64,000 nucleotides of DNA from Diplonema japonicum (lineage: Eukaryota > Protista > Euglenozoa: Diplonemea), in assembly GCA_964019335.1 (NCBI GenBank), contig OZ025717.1:124001-188000 (forward strand), in the 5' to 3' direction. Position 1 is the first letter of the stretch, and each line of letters begins with the position of its first letter. The notes below the pieces were generated by a model. It saw only the letters and a program-made list of their open reading frames with translations. It was not told the origin of the DNA and searched no databases. The position numbers and the translations under genes are program-made. Positions 53,551-63,875 of this stretch are shown here, in pieces.

Positions 53551-53766
53551 TCACATAATTCCCATTCCCGCACTGGGCATTATCTCTGCTTCCATTGCCA
53601 GGCCTTTCCCTACGCCGTATTTTGCTTTGTGGGGCTGTATTTTGCCCCCACCTATCGAATAGGTATAATTATTCGTAATATCCATTCCTATCCAGCTTGC
53701 CTGAGCGTTGTCGTATTTAGGTGTCACTGGTCTGGGCTGTGCTGCCTGGGTGCTGGGGTTAGGCAT
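53551..53766 (-). CDS. Small hypothetical protein, 71 aa
   Basis: ATG after an A-tract leader (AAAAAAAACTCAAGATG); balanced composition; same strand as its neighbours. Confidence 0.6.
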   Translation of the reverse strand: MPNPSTQAAQPRPVTPKYDNAQASWIGMDITNNYTYSIGGGKIQPHKAKYGVGKGLAMEAEIMPSAGMGIM

Positions 53767-54304
53767 CTTGAGTTTTTTTTTTTGTGTAAATGGAGAAGGG
53801 GGGGAAAGAAAAAACCCAAGCCTTAAGTGACAGTTTGATGACAAGAACAAAGGAAGGAACAACGTCACCAGCTATTGCCGGGTCATCAGGGGAAGGGGGG
53901 GGTGGGTGGAGAAAAAACAAAAAAAATAAGCGTGTATTTTCCTTTTTTTTGAGGGGGTGAGAGGGGTGAGGAAGAGCTCAAGAGAACTATACTCTGTACT
54001 ACAAAAAAAAGTGGTAAGATGGGGGGGATGCAAAACACTTTCCCCTGTGGTTTTTTTTTTTTTCCCCCTTTCTTTCTTTTTTTTTCTTCTTCTTTTTTTT
54101 TTTTTTTCGTTCCGTTGGTTCCCCCCTTTTTTTTGTTTCTTCCCGTTATCACTGTGTTCTCATTTACCATTCCAAGGAAAAATGAAGATTTTTTTTTTGA
54201 GTAGCTGTGTTTCACAGGGCTCTGGGCTAAGATACATTTGCACCCTGAAGAGTAGCCACCTCGCACATGTGATTGCAACTCCCCCAAAAAAAAGAAATGA
54301 ACTG

Positions 54305-54348
<44 letters not shown>

Positions 54349-54364
54349 AAAAAAAGAAGAATGA

Positions 54365-54550
54365 CTTTGGTTGCCTATAAACCGCCTGGCGAACAAGCAA
54401 CTGCAGGCACAGTCTACTTGATTACAGGGGGGGCACCTCGGCCGAGCAGTAGCTTCACCGGTAACCAAGGCTCTGCGCTCGTGCAGTTTGCTGCCTGTTC
54501 GTCACCCTGAGCATCTGCAATACATTCTTCCACTCGGGTGCTACCGGTGA
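54365..54550 (+). ncRNA. Candidate structured (pseudoknotted) RNA element
   Basis: Interleaved long helices with plus-strand G-U pairs; no convincing ORF. Confidence 0.35.
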
Positions 54551-54803
54551 TGAGAGGAGGTCAACAGCGAACAACACATTTGATGTACATCTTATATTTC
54601 CATGTTATCCCCACCACCGCAAAAAAAAAGAAGAGAAAAAAAAAAACAGCTGGAAACACAAAGAAGTGACAACCGATTAAGGTTATTTTCTTTTTTTTAC
54701 CCCCTCCCCCGTTTTCCTTACCTCTAGGTAAGGTCGAAAATACTTGTTTTCGAAGGCCCTCTTTTTTTTTTTAATTGCAAAGAGTGCTGTGGTTTTGGGT
54801 TCT

Positions 54804-54837
<34 letters not shown>

Positions 54838-55004
54838 TTTACCGCCACCCAGAAATCTGGCAAAAAAAAAGAAGAAATTCTAAGAATAAAATGTACAGGA
54901 AAAAAAAAAAAAAAAAAAACAGGAAACAAAAAAAAAAAAGACAATCCGGCATGCAGTGAACTGGCAGCAAAACAAACGAACCAACAACCCCCACCACCAC
55001 CAAT

Positions 55005-58000
55005 TCAAACTACCGGAGTTTGCGGTGTGTCACTAAGAGTAGGAGGGAAGTCATCTGGGTACGATGGCGAAGGTGAACTCGGATGTCTCGTGGGGTAAGG
55101 TCCCTGTGCGTTTTTTTTTTTTTTTCTTTTCTTTTTTTTCCCGCCGTACCTGAAGGCCAACAGAAGCCCTCTGCCGCTTCGCATCGGGCTCGCCTTCTTC
55201 CCCTGTGCGTTCTTGTTCTTTCTTCCTTCTTTCTCGTTCCTCCCTTTCTTCTCTTTCCCTTCTGTCGTCCTCTGCTTGCTTAGCGTTCTCCCGTTCAACC
55301 CTTTCGTTCACCGCTGCAAGATTGGGCCACATTGCAGGCTCCATCCAGTCTTTGTTGGTCATCTGTATTTTTTTTTTGTTTTTTTATTCCCTTGAGCACC
55401 CATACATCATTTTTGACATAGACCAACAAGTAGACATCCCGCTGCACCTTTTCAAGCATTTCTTCTGCGCTGGTCTCCCTCACGCTGTCATCGTTGTAAT
55501 GGAACCACTTTCTGTGGGGGGGGGGGGGGGTATTTCCCTTTTATTCCCCTTTCGCTCATACCCGGTTTCTCTATGCAAACAATGAGAGGTGTAATGTCCG
55601 AACTGAATGTCAGGCCCATGGTGGCAAACAACACCTTGAAGGGTATACCGTGAGTCAGATGGAGGAGCGGGGGTAGGAACAGCCCTTGGAGACTGCGACT
55701 GCGGTGGCTGCCCGAAGGGACCGTCGAGAGAAAATGAAAGGGGCGACGCAGCAGGTTCGCCGGAGCTTAGAGTCGGTGAGGCAAGCTGGCACCCAGAGAT
55801 GGTAGACTGCCCCCGTTTTGCGAGGTAACTTGACAAGTCCAGATCTTTCAACGGGAACGAGACGGCATGACGTAGTCGAAGGGAACACGCGTCCCGGCAT
55901 GCAAAACGTTTTATATGAAGAAACAACATATTCGGGGCACTCCATAGTTCAAAGCGTTTCCTGGAAGGTTCCTCCTTCTTGCATCTCGGGCACTTCCATC
56001 TGTCACCGTCTTCCAGCTTCTCGACCCTCGTGAAGAGCGAGAGACAGTCCTCGAGGCCGTACGTCTTGGTATCCTGCTCCCTCTTCAGCTCAAAGTGCTT
56101 CGTGTTCTCATGGTTCAGAATACACCCTTCCATCATGGCCTCCCTGATCATCACATCCGCCTGCACACGTGTGTTGAAGTGCAGTGCTTCCGGTATTTTG
56201 TCCCGCTGAGTAGGGCACCAGCAAACCTTCACAATGAGGGGGCAGTACATGAACCGCGTCCCGCACCGCTTGCGCAAGGTGTCGAAGAGAGGATCAAACT
56301 CCACGTACTGTGGGGTTTCGGGGTCGAAGTACTGTGGGTGCTCATAATCGTCAATGCAGTCGTCGAGAAGCTTCTCTACAAGCTCCGAGGGCGTCAGGTT
56401 CCACCAATCGATGTCTGGATTATTTTGTATGACATCTTGGTATTTGTCCTCAACCAGCTCCAGCAGTGCTTCGTTGCCATAATCGTCGCTATCACCGAAC
56501 TTGTCCGACATCATCTCCCTCAGGGATCTGGCGTCGCATGGTCCTACATGCACCCACTGCGACTCGTTCATCTTGTCAAGCATGGCTTGTGCTTGACGGC
56601 TTGGTATTCTGTTTTGCGAGTGTGTCGGCACCACCTTCTTTGTTCCGGCAGGGTACACCCTACACCCTTCGCAGGACCTCCGGCTGCACAGGTCGCACCC
56701 GTGTCGCGTCGACTCATTGAAGTCACCACCGCGGATCTCCAACAGCCCCTCCCCCTCCCCCTCCCCAACCTGAAATCTTTTGAACACTTCGTTCGTGATA
56801 TACTCGGAGCTCAGCTCCGTCTGCGGGACAATAACCATGATGGGGTGCAGCGTGCCCTGCTGTGTGACGTTCGCATGACTGTTCACCACGACGGGTACCA
56901 ATGGAGTGCTGGGGTCCATGTCCTTTGGTAAGCCCGATTCGTACAGAGCAAGCCACTTCGTGGTGCGTGTTGTCGACATCCGGCTCCACGACAGCTCCGT
57001 AAGGATGTGGTGGATCTTCATAGTGCCCAGCTTCGGCATCTCAAACGGCGCCACCGTCACGCTAGATGAGCTGTCGTCGAAGACAAGCGTTGTCCACAAA
57101 GCATGCTCATCAACAGGCCGCCCGGTGGACTTGAACGTCTCTTTCGCAAGATGGTCCAATGTGTCGAAGGGCGACAGATACCGCTGGAACACAATAGGCG
57201 GTGTTAGCGGGAACGTCGCTGGGTAGAATATCCATGAGATCAACTGGTTTGGCTCTGAGTCTGGCAGCTCCAAACTCAGCTGCATGTACGGGTCAAAGGT
57301 CAGGTCGCCTTTCCCACATGTCCTGCACTGCAGTGTCGACTTCAGCTGTCCCATACAATGCTGCACGATAAACGACCTGTTGCGGAGGAGGTGGCGCATC
57401 CAACACTCTGCGGCGACCTCCTCGATCTGCATCGTGTCGGGGGGCTCGAACTTCGGCACCATGATCCTTTTCCGGACTTCGTTGTAGTCTTCATGCAGAC
57501 CGTCCAGCACGGCTGCAAGGAACTCCTGTGCGTCTTGTTGCTGTATCTCTGTGAAACAGTCACGGAACCTTCCCACCGTCCTCCAGAAGGTGTGCGACGT
57601 GGTGGCCTCCGAGTAGCTGGGTTGCCATAAGCTTCGGATCAGCTCGCCGAGTTTGCTCGCCAATGCTCCGCCTGTCCCCAGTGGGTTGTCATCATTAATG
57701 CCTTTCTCGAAGTCGGACTTCACGAAAAACTCGTAGAAGAGAGGGGTGTGGGAGAGAATCTGCGTCACAGAATTGACGTAACACATGATCCCACTGGAGT
57801 TGGTAAGCCCGATCCGGCCTGGGCAGATGACAAGTGCACGCGGATGGGAAGAGCATGGGGTTTCAAACTGCGTGCTGACTGGTTCGTTCAACAATAAATT
57901 TGAATCGAAATGAGGTCCCGATGGTCGCTGCTCGAGAAGGACGCCTTTCATGCTCAACGTGGGCAGCCACACACCAGTCTCCCGTTTCGCAAGCACCTCG

Positions 58001-58443
58001 TCTATGATAGGGAGGTCAATGGTCATGTAAGGGTACAACTCGGCGAACATCACAGTGGGCTTGACTTCGACATCAGGTCCGAGGTCATCCGTTCCAACTG
58101 TAACAGGACTGCTTCGCGAGAAGATTTCACCTATGGTACGCCTTGCGTTGACGTACCTCACTACGATGGTCGAGCCGCTCTCGGAGTGCACCACGCATCG
58201 GACAAAAGCACTAAGATTTCGTTTTCTGCTGCATGTGTAGAGCACACTGGCCCCTTGGTACCGGGCGAGCTTTGTTGGTTTGAACGCAAAATATCCTTTC
58301 GAACCCATGTATCTAATAAATACAGCGGTTCTGTCCCTCTTTTGTAGGTTCTCCGCCAAGGTGTCCTCGTCCACCTCGGGCTTAATGTCGTACCTCGTTA
58401 TCACCCCGTCGTCCTCCCATAATACGACAGTTTTCCTCACCAT
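55005..58443 (-). CDS. Ubiquitin C-terminal hydrolase (USP4/11/15-like, split catalytic domain); 4 exons
   Basis: Cys box GLTNSSGIMCYVNS, QQQDAQEFL, His box GVVCHHG..GHYTS. Introns 55512-55561, 55363-55405 and 55104-55149; exon 2 supplies the essential WFHYNDDSV...YLLVY. Confidence 0.93.
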
Positions 58444-58625
58444 TTGCTTTTCTTTTTTTTTTTTTTTTTACTCCGCTTTTTTTTTCTTCCTCTTCTTTTT
58501 TTATACACCCTCGCCCAACCTCCCTCCACCCCCCGCCACCCTTCCTGCTCACTTTTTTTTTTCTTTTTTTTTCTTTTTTTTTTTTTTTTTGCAAATGAGG
58601 GGGGGAAAGGGGGGGAAAGGGGGGC

Positions 58626-58862
58626 TCAACTCCCAACCTTCTTTGGGTGAATTTCCAGATATGCCGCAACCTCTTTCTTGTAACATTTGTCCCATTCGGC
58701 TAAGAATGGCCTGCATTCCGTGTCGTATTTCCTCGACAGCCCGTTGGTCGGGTGCAGGTATTTTTTGAAACATTCCACGTGTTTGCACGACCAGTGCCTG
58801 CACACATTAGTTGCGTGCTGCTCTGCGTCAGTCAGCCCGTTTTGCCCCTTTACTTTTTGCAT
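58626..58862 (-). CDS. Twin CX9C protein (CMC4/MTCP1-like, mitochondrial intermembrane space)
   Basis: CRHWSCKHVEC and CRPFLAEWDKC in a 78-aa ORF. Confidence 0.72.
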   Translation of the reverse strand: MQKVKGQNGLTDAEQHATNVCRHWSCKHVECFKKYLHPTNGLSRKYDTECRPFLAEWDKCYKKEVAAYLEIHPKKVGS

Positions 58863-58946
58863 TTGTCCCCCCTTTTTTCCCACTCTTATTTCGGGGTGCG
58901 AGACGGCGCTTACACATCAAAATAAATAAATAAAAAGAGAGAAAAA

Positions 58947-58999
<53 letters not shown>

Positions 59000-59159
59000 T
59001 TGCGTTGAGCGGAAGAAAGAAAAGTAAGAGCGTTATGACGCAGCAAAAGTAAAGACATAAAATAAAAATAAAAAGAAATCCTGGAAAGGATCGGATCAAG
59101 CCACTCATCAAAATTCACCTTCGGTTTTCATCATGCAATTATAAAGCGAGACCGAAGGA

Positions 59160-62100
59160 TCAGATAAGTACTTTAGTGATAGAGGAAGATCTCCTCGACG
59201 AAGTCGATAGGGGGTTTTGCGGTGGCGTGACATCGTCTTGTTTATCAAGTTTAATAGACGAGGTTCGTACCCGCCTAAGAGGCGCGGCAGGTTTCTTTGA
59301 TAAGGGAATATTGCTGTAGGGTGACGACATCCGCCGTTGCAGGGAACGCCTACGGAAGGGTGGTGCAGTTGTGTTCAGGATGTTGGAGGGCCGTCGGTTC
59401 TGCGGTATGGTCACGGTGAGCTCAAGGGAACCTGACTTCGTTAAGACAGATGCTTCCTGATCATTTTTCAAATAGTTCAGAAGAGGTGTCATGTCCAACG
59501 GGCTGTCAGGAGCCTTCCTCCCCGCAGTGCGGGAGGACAGCATCGACGAAAGGGTCAATGCGTTGTCGTTATCCAATGCTTCCAAGTCGTACTTCGTTGT
59601 TGGGATGCGGCCTTCCTTCCAGTCTTCTACATCCCCTGCCCTTGCTGCTCGGCCGGCGTCCCAGCGCCTTCCTATTTTCACGTCTAGCATGTACAGTGCG
59701 ATGTCGTAGATTCCTTTGAACAGCATCACCAGTGCTGTTAGGAACAACAGCCTGCCTGCGACTTCAGTCATTTCCTGTGCAGCGCTTTTGTCGTCCGTCA
59801 GTGTGATCGCCACCGTCATCAGCAGGACAGCCACGAACATCATCCCGCTCATTGCCGTCGCTGTTATCATGTCAAGTGTCGAGTTGTAAGGGCGGAGGGT
59901 CACAATCGCCATGAAAAACAAAAACAAAACAACAGTGATCATGATGTTCCTGAACATGCAGGTGTCGTGGTTATGAGGCTTCCAAGCAGAGGACAAGGCC
60001 AAGGCCAGAATCTGGGTCATCTCCACAAGGGAGAACCAGTGGTAGTTGTGCCTGTACTGCTCGAAGAAGAGCCCGTACTGCTCCACAAAGTAGTCGGGTG
60101 CCCCGTCCTTCCGAACCCATACTTCTGACCCGAAGACAATAATGTAAGCAGTGCGCTTCCACCCAGTGTACACAACCGCCTCAGTGTCGCTTTCATCATC
60201 ATCTGACTCACAGTTGTCAGGTTTGTCGCCTTTGAACGCACTTACGATCTCTGCCGCCTCCTTATTGATCTTCGGGTCGGGAACAGTTGTTGCCTGGAAC
60301 TTGCCCTTCCGCAGGAGCAGGAACCACATCGCAAAGGGAAGCGATAGACACAGAGCCAGCCCCACCACCCCGACAGCTGAGACCCCAGCCGGGCCCCGCG
60401 ACGGGAAGAAGGCAAGGTTCGAGGCCGCAATACTGGTCCCCATCAGCAGCCACACCATCGGGATGTAGACCAGACCAGGTGCCCTGACGTAGAAGATTGC
60501 CGTTGCCCAAGGTATACCCAGCCATGCCACCTGCACCCATGCTATGGCGTAGTTCAAGAGCAAGAAGACCACCATGATCATAATGTTCGAGATCACTGCA
60601 CCCAGGAAATATCTCTGCTTGTGGTCCCCGATCCCGAAGTGAAGGGGGTGGAACTCCCAGTCCAGAGGCTCTTGGCTCAAGTCGATGTCCTCCACTTTGC
60701 ACTCGATGTCCATGACCACCGCTAGCTTGCTTGCAGACACACTAACAGCAGCAGCGCCTGATGTCACCTTTTTACCTTCATCCTTTACTTTCTTGGGGAA
60801 CACGTAACCAGGCTGCGGTGGTGCCAGTGTGCTCGGTTCCCTTGAAGGAGATATAGCTAGTTCAGTAAAGGGCATCGGGTTGGGTGTGCTTGGAGCCTGC
60901 GTAGCTGGCAGAGTGGTAGGTGCCCCTGTTGGTGCATGTGTGAGCGGGGCTTGTGTCGCTGGCACTGTCGTGGCAGGAGCAGTTGTGTTTGGCACCGGTG
61001 TGGCTGGCGGACTGGTGAGGGGCGCAATTGTCTCCGGTGATGCTGTCGAGGGTGCCGTGGTAGCAGGTACAACTGTCGGCGGGACATTGGTACGAGGTGT
61101 GATTGTCTTTGGTGCACTTGTAGCTGGCACAGCTGTAGAGGGAGGTGCTGTGTTCGCAGCCTGAGTGAGAGGTGCTACAGTTGAAGGCACTGTTGTGGGC
61201 GTTGGAGTGAGAGGCACTGAAGTATTTGGCGCCGTTGTTGTGGGCACTGCTGTGGGCGGTATTAGAGTGAGAGGCACTGAAGTATTTGGCGCCGGTGTCA
61301 GAGGTACTGAAGTATTTGGTGCCGTTGTTAGAGGCACTATAGTATTTGGCGCCGTTGTCAGAGGCACCGAAGTATTTGGCACTATTGCGAGGGGTTTCGG
61401 AGTGAGAGGAACTTGTGTGAGGGGGGCAGAGGTAAGAGGCACTGAAGTGTTTGGCGTTGGTGTCATCGGAGTAAGTGGCACTGCTGTTGAAGGAGATTGC
61501 GGCACAGAAGTGTGTGGAGAGGATGTAAAGGGTACGAATGTGGGTATGGGGGTGGTGGGTACCGATGTGGCAGGGGCACTAGTCCCTGGAGCCTGCGTAG
61601 GTGGGACAGTGGGCATCGGTGTGTGAGGTGGCTGGTTTGTAACCGGCTGAGACATGGGCACAGGTGAAGAAGGAACACCCGTGGTAGGGACTGCGGTGGC
61701 TGGCACGCTGACCGGTACACGCGTGGGTGCCAATGTTGATGGCGCTGCTGACAGTGAGGGGGGTACCTGAGTAGGAACAAGCGTAGGGTTCGGAGTCATG
61801 TCAGCTTTGACTTTACACAAATGAACAAAAGATCGCGAGCACGGTCTGTCAAAGAAGCCCGGGCCCAGCGAGGGCTCGATTGTGACGCAGAGGTCGGTCC
61901 GTGAGTTCGGCTGCCTGGCGGAGGCCACGTCGCAGAGGGTGCCTCGCGAGGGAAACATCATCGACGTGTGGCTGGGGTCGCCGCACCACATGTTAACACG
62001 GTTAAGGGGTGACCCGTCAGCCCACTGCCAGGACGACGTGTCGAGGGGGGCCGTGCGCTTGCGAGAAGAAAAGAGCCCTGGGTAGAAAGAGAGGGTGGAA

Positions 62101-62858
62101 CCAAAAAGCGAGACGAAGGCATCGTCCCACTTGTTGTGAACAGACATCGGGGTGTGCTTGAAGCTCAGCTCAGAAGTGCACGCGGAAGGGTTCCACGGGG
62201 TCGCTGTGGGGGTCACCTCAACACAGTCACCGTCGTAAAAGGCACCCGAGACACATGGCGTGGGGCCGTAGTAAAGTGAAATTCTGCGAAAGAGGAGGTT
62301 GGTCGCGGCTTGCATAGAACCTTCTTCACATCCCAGCGACAACGACTCGGGTGTCCCTGCAGCCGTTATGGGGACGGACGTCCGACCATTTACCTGTACA
62401 ATAACACCGCTTAAGGACTCTTCGAACAATACAGCCACGTGTGCCCATTCCTTTAAAACGTATGTGAAGAGAATCATGGGTGTTCCCTTTGGGGTTTGCA
62501 GTACGAAGTGTCCCTTGAAGACTGTTAGGGACACCGCTCCGTTCTGTGCTTTCCAGGAGACAACTGTTTGGGCAATGGAGGGGGACGATGCCACTTTAAC
62601 CCATGTAGTCACTGCTGCGTCGCTGCCAGTGAGAGGCGCAAGGTTTGTAGCCTTGATGCAGCCTTCTCCAGCTCCCCACCCGGCATAAGGATCCATTACT
62701 GTATCTAGTAGCCCAGTCATGTCTTTGCCTTGGCCTGTTTCATCTATTCCCCCTGGGTTTCCCCAGTACCACCTCCCTTCTAACCTTGTGGCTTCAGACG
62801 ATATGGTACTGTACGTCAGTATCAACGTGAACTGCTTGACGAAGGCACATGGTGCCAT
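59160..62858 (-). CDS. Large multi-pass surface protein: LamG-like + C-type-lectin-like + mucin stalk + about 7 TM
   Basis: Signal peptide; EWAHVAV (LamG-like); WQWADGSP...CV...FFDRPC...HLCK (CTL-like); Pro/Thr repeats; LDWEFHPL followed by a TM bundle. Confidence 0.85.
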   Translation of the reverse strand: MAPCAFVKQFTLILTYSTISSEATRLEGRWYWGNPGGIDETGQGKDMTGLLDTVMDPYAGWGAGEGCIKATNLAPLTGSDAAVTTWVKVASSPSIAQTVVSWKAQNGAVSLTVFKGHFVLQTPKGTPMILFTYVLKEWAHVAVLFEESLSGVIVQVNGRTSVPITAAGTPESLSLGCEEGSMQAATNLLFRRISLYYGPTPCVSGAFYDGDCVEVTPTATPWNPSACTSELSFKHTPMSVHNKWDDAFVSLFGSTLSFYPGLFSSRKRTAPLDTSSWQWADGSPLNRVNMWCGDPSHTSMMFPSRGTLCDVASARQPNSRTDLCVTIEPSLGPGFFDRPCSRSFVHLCKVKADMTPNPTLVPTQVPPSLSAAPSTLAPTRVPVSVPATAVPTTGVPSSPVPMSQPVTNQPPHTPMPTVPPTQAPGTSAPATSVPTTPIPTFVPFTSSPHTSVPQSPSTAVPLTPMTPTPNTSVPLTSAPLTQVPLTPKPLAIVPNTSVPLTTAPNTIVPLTTAPNTSVPLTPAPNTSVPLTLIPPTAVPTTTAPNTSVPLTPTPTTVPSTVAPLTQAANTAPPSTAVPATSAPKTITPRTNVPPTVVPATTAPSTASPETIAPLTSPPATPVPNTTAPATTVPATQAPLTHAPTGAPTTLPATQAPSTPNPMPFTELAISPSREPSTLAPPQPGYVFPKKVKDEGKKVTSGAAAVSVSASKLAVVMDIECKVEDIDLSQEPLDWEFHPLHFGIGDHKQRYFLGAVISNIMIMVVFLLLNYAIAWVQVAWLGIPWATAIFYVRAPGLVYIPMVWLLMGTSIAASNLAFFPSRGPAGVSAVGVVGLALCLSLPFAMWFLLLRKGKFQATTVPDPKINKEAAEIVSAFKGDKPDNCESDDDESDTEAVVYTGWKRTAYIIVFGSEVWVRKDGAPDYFVEQYGLFFEQYRHNYHWFSLVEMTQILALALSSAWKPHNHDTCMFRNIMITVVLFLFFMAIVTLRPYNSTLDMITATAMSGMMFVAVLLMTVAITLTDDKSAAQEMTEVAGRLLFLTALVMLFKGIYDIALYMLDVKIGRRWDAGRAARAGDVEDWKEGRIPTTKYDLEALDNDNALTLSSMLSSRTAGRKAPDSPLDMTPLLNYLKNDQEASVLTKSGSLELTVTIPQNRRPSNILNTTAPPFRRRSLQRRMSSPYSNIPLSKKPAAPLRRVRTSSIKLDKQDDVTPPQNPLSTSSRRSSSITKVLI
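60830..61790 (-). repeat. Coding minisatellite, about 30-nt unit (T.APNTSVPL)
   Basis: Best-conserved units GAGGCACTGAAGTATTTGGCGCCG... at about 61211-61380. Confidence 0.85.
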
Positions 62859-63875
62859 GGGGGGTTCCCCCTGAAATCAATTTTTTTTTTCGTGGCCTGT
62901 GGTAAGGAGGGGTGGGGAAGGTGAGAAATATGAGAGAAATATGTGGGGTGTAGGATAACATTCTTTTTTTTGGGGGGGTATTTTTTTTTTCTCCCCCACT
63001 AGCTACGACTGCATCTATCCTGTGCAGGGGTTGCTTCAAAAAAAAAAATGATTCTTTAATGACTTATGTCCCTTTTTTGTTTCGCACGAGTAAAAAAAAT
63101 CTTTTTTTCTTTTTTTGCCTCGGCACAAGTTGCATAAGGTGGTGAAACCATTTTTTTTCAGAAGAGAAAAAAAAAAAAAACAAAAACTTTGTAGGGAAAA
63201 AAAGGGGGGGGAGGAAAGGATGAACAAAGCAACAAGACGGCTTCCTGCTAAAGTATCTCCCTTCTTTTTTTGGGGGGGTTTTTTTTCCTCTTGCAATTGA
63301 AACAAAAGGGGGGCAAGAAATCGCAGAATAAGGGGACACACGTACAATACTTACACAAACAAAAAAAAAATATAAATATATATTTCTTCACAGAAAAAAT
63401 TTAAAAAAAAAAGGAAAGAACTAGCTGTTGTTTATGTGTCATTGGGCATCAAGTACTTCCACCCAAGTCAAAAAAAAAACCTTTTTTTTTCCTCGTTTAC
63501 TCTTTTACGGTTCAATCATAACAAATCAAACTATAAAACTCAATTCTTTTTTTTTTTGAGGTATGAGCTTCCTAGGCGAGTGAACAAAACAAACGACGGT
63601 GCAAGTTTGAAAAAAAAGGGGGGGGGCTATTCACTCAAAACAGCAAAGTTACGAGTCAAAAAAAAAGAGGGGAAATATAATAATAACCATAATAATAAAG
63701 CCAACATACCGGGGACGCGCGTTATCCGGTCATCAAAAAAAAAAAGAAAAATTTAGCCCCCGATAGATGCCGCCCAACCTAGTTGGGACCGTGAGACTAT
63801 CACGCCTCGGTATTTTGGTAAAACCAAAGTTTAACAACGGATTTTTTTCTTGATTCTTCTTTTTCTTTTTGTTCT

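Noticed and set aside
54412-54588. Selenoprotein-like minus ORF MYIKCVVRC-TGA-PP
   Set aside because: No resemblance to a known selenoprotein family and no SECIS core recognised.
60830-61790. CRISPR-like regular repeats
   Set aside because: In-frame coding mucin repeats without unique spacers, in a eukaryotic context.
1400-63756. Many short Lys- or Phe-rich ORFs, and Lys-rich N-terminal extensions
   Set aside because: Translations of poly(A)/poly(T) spacer tracts.
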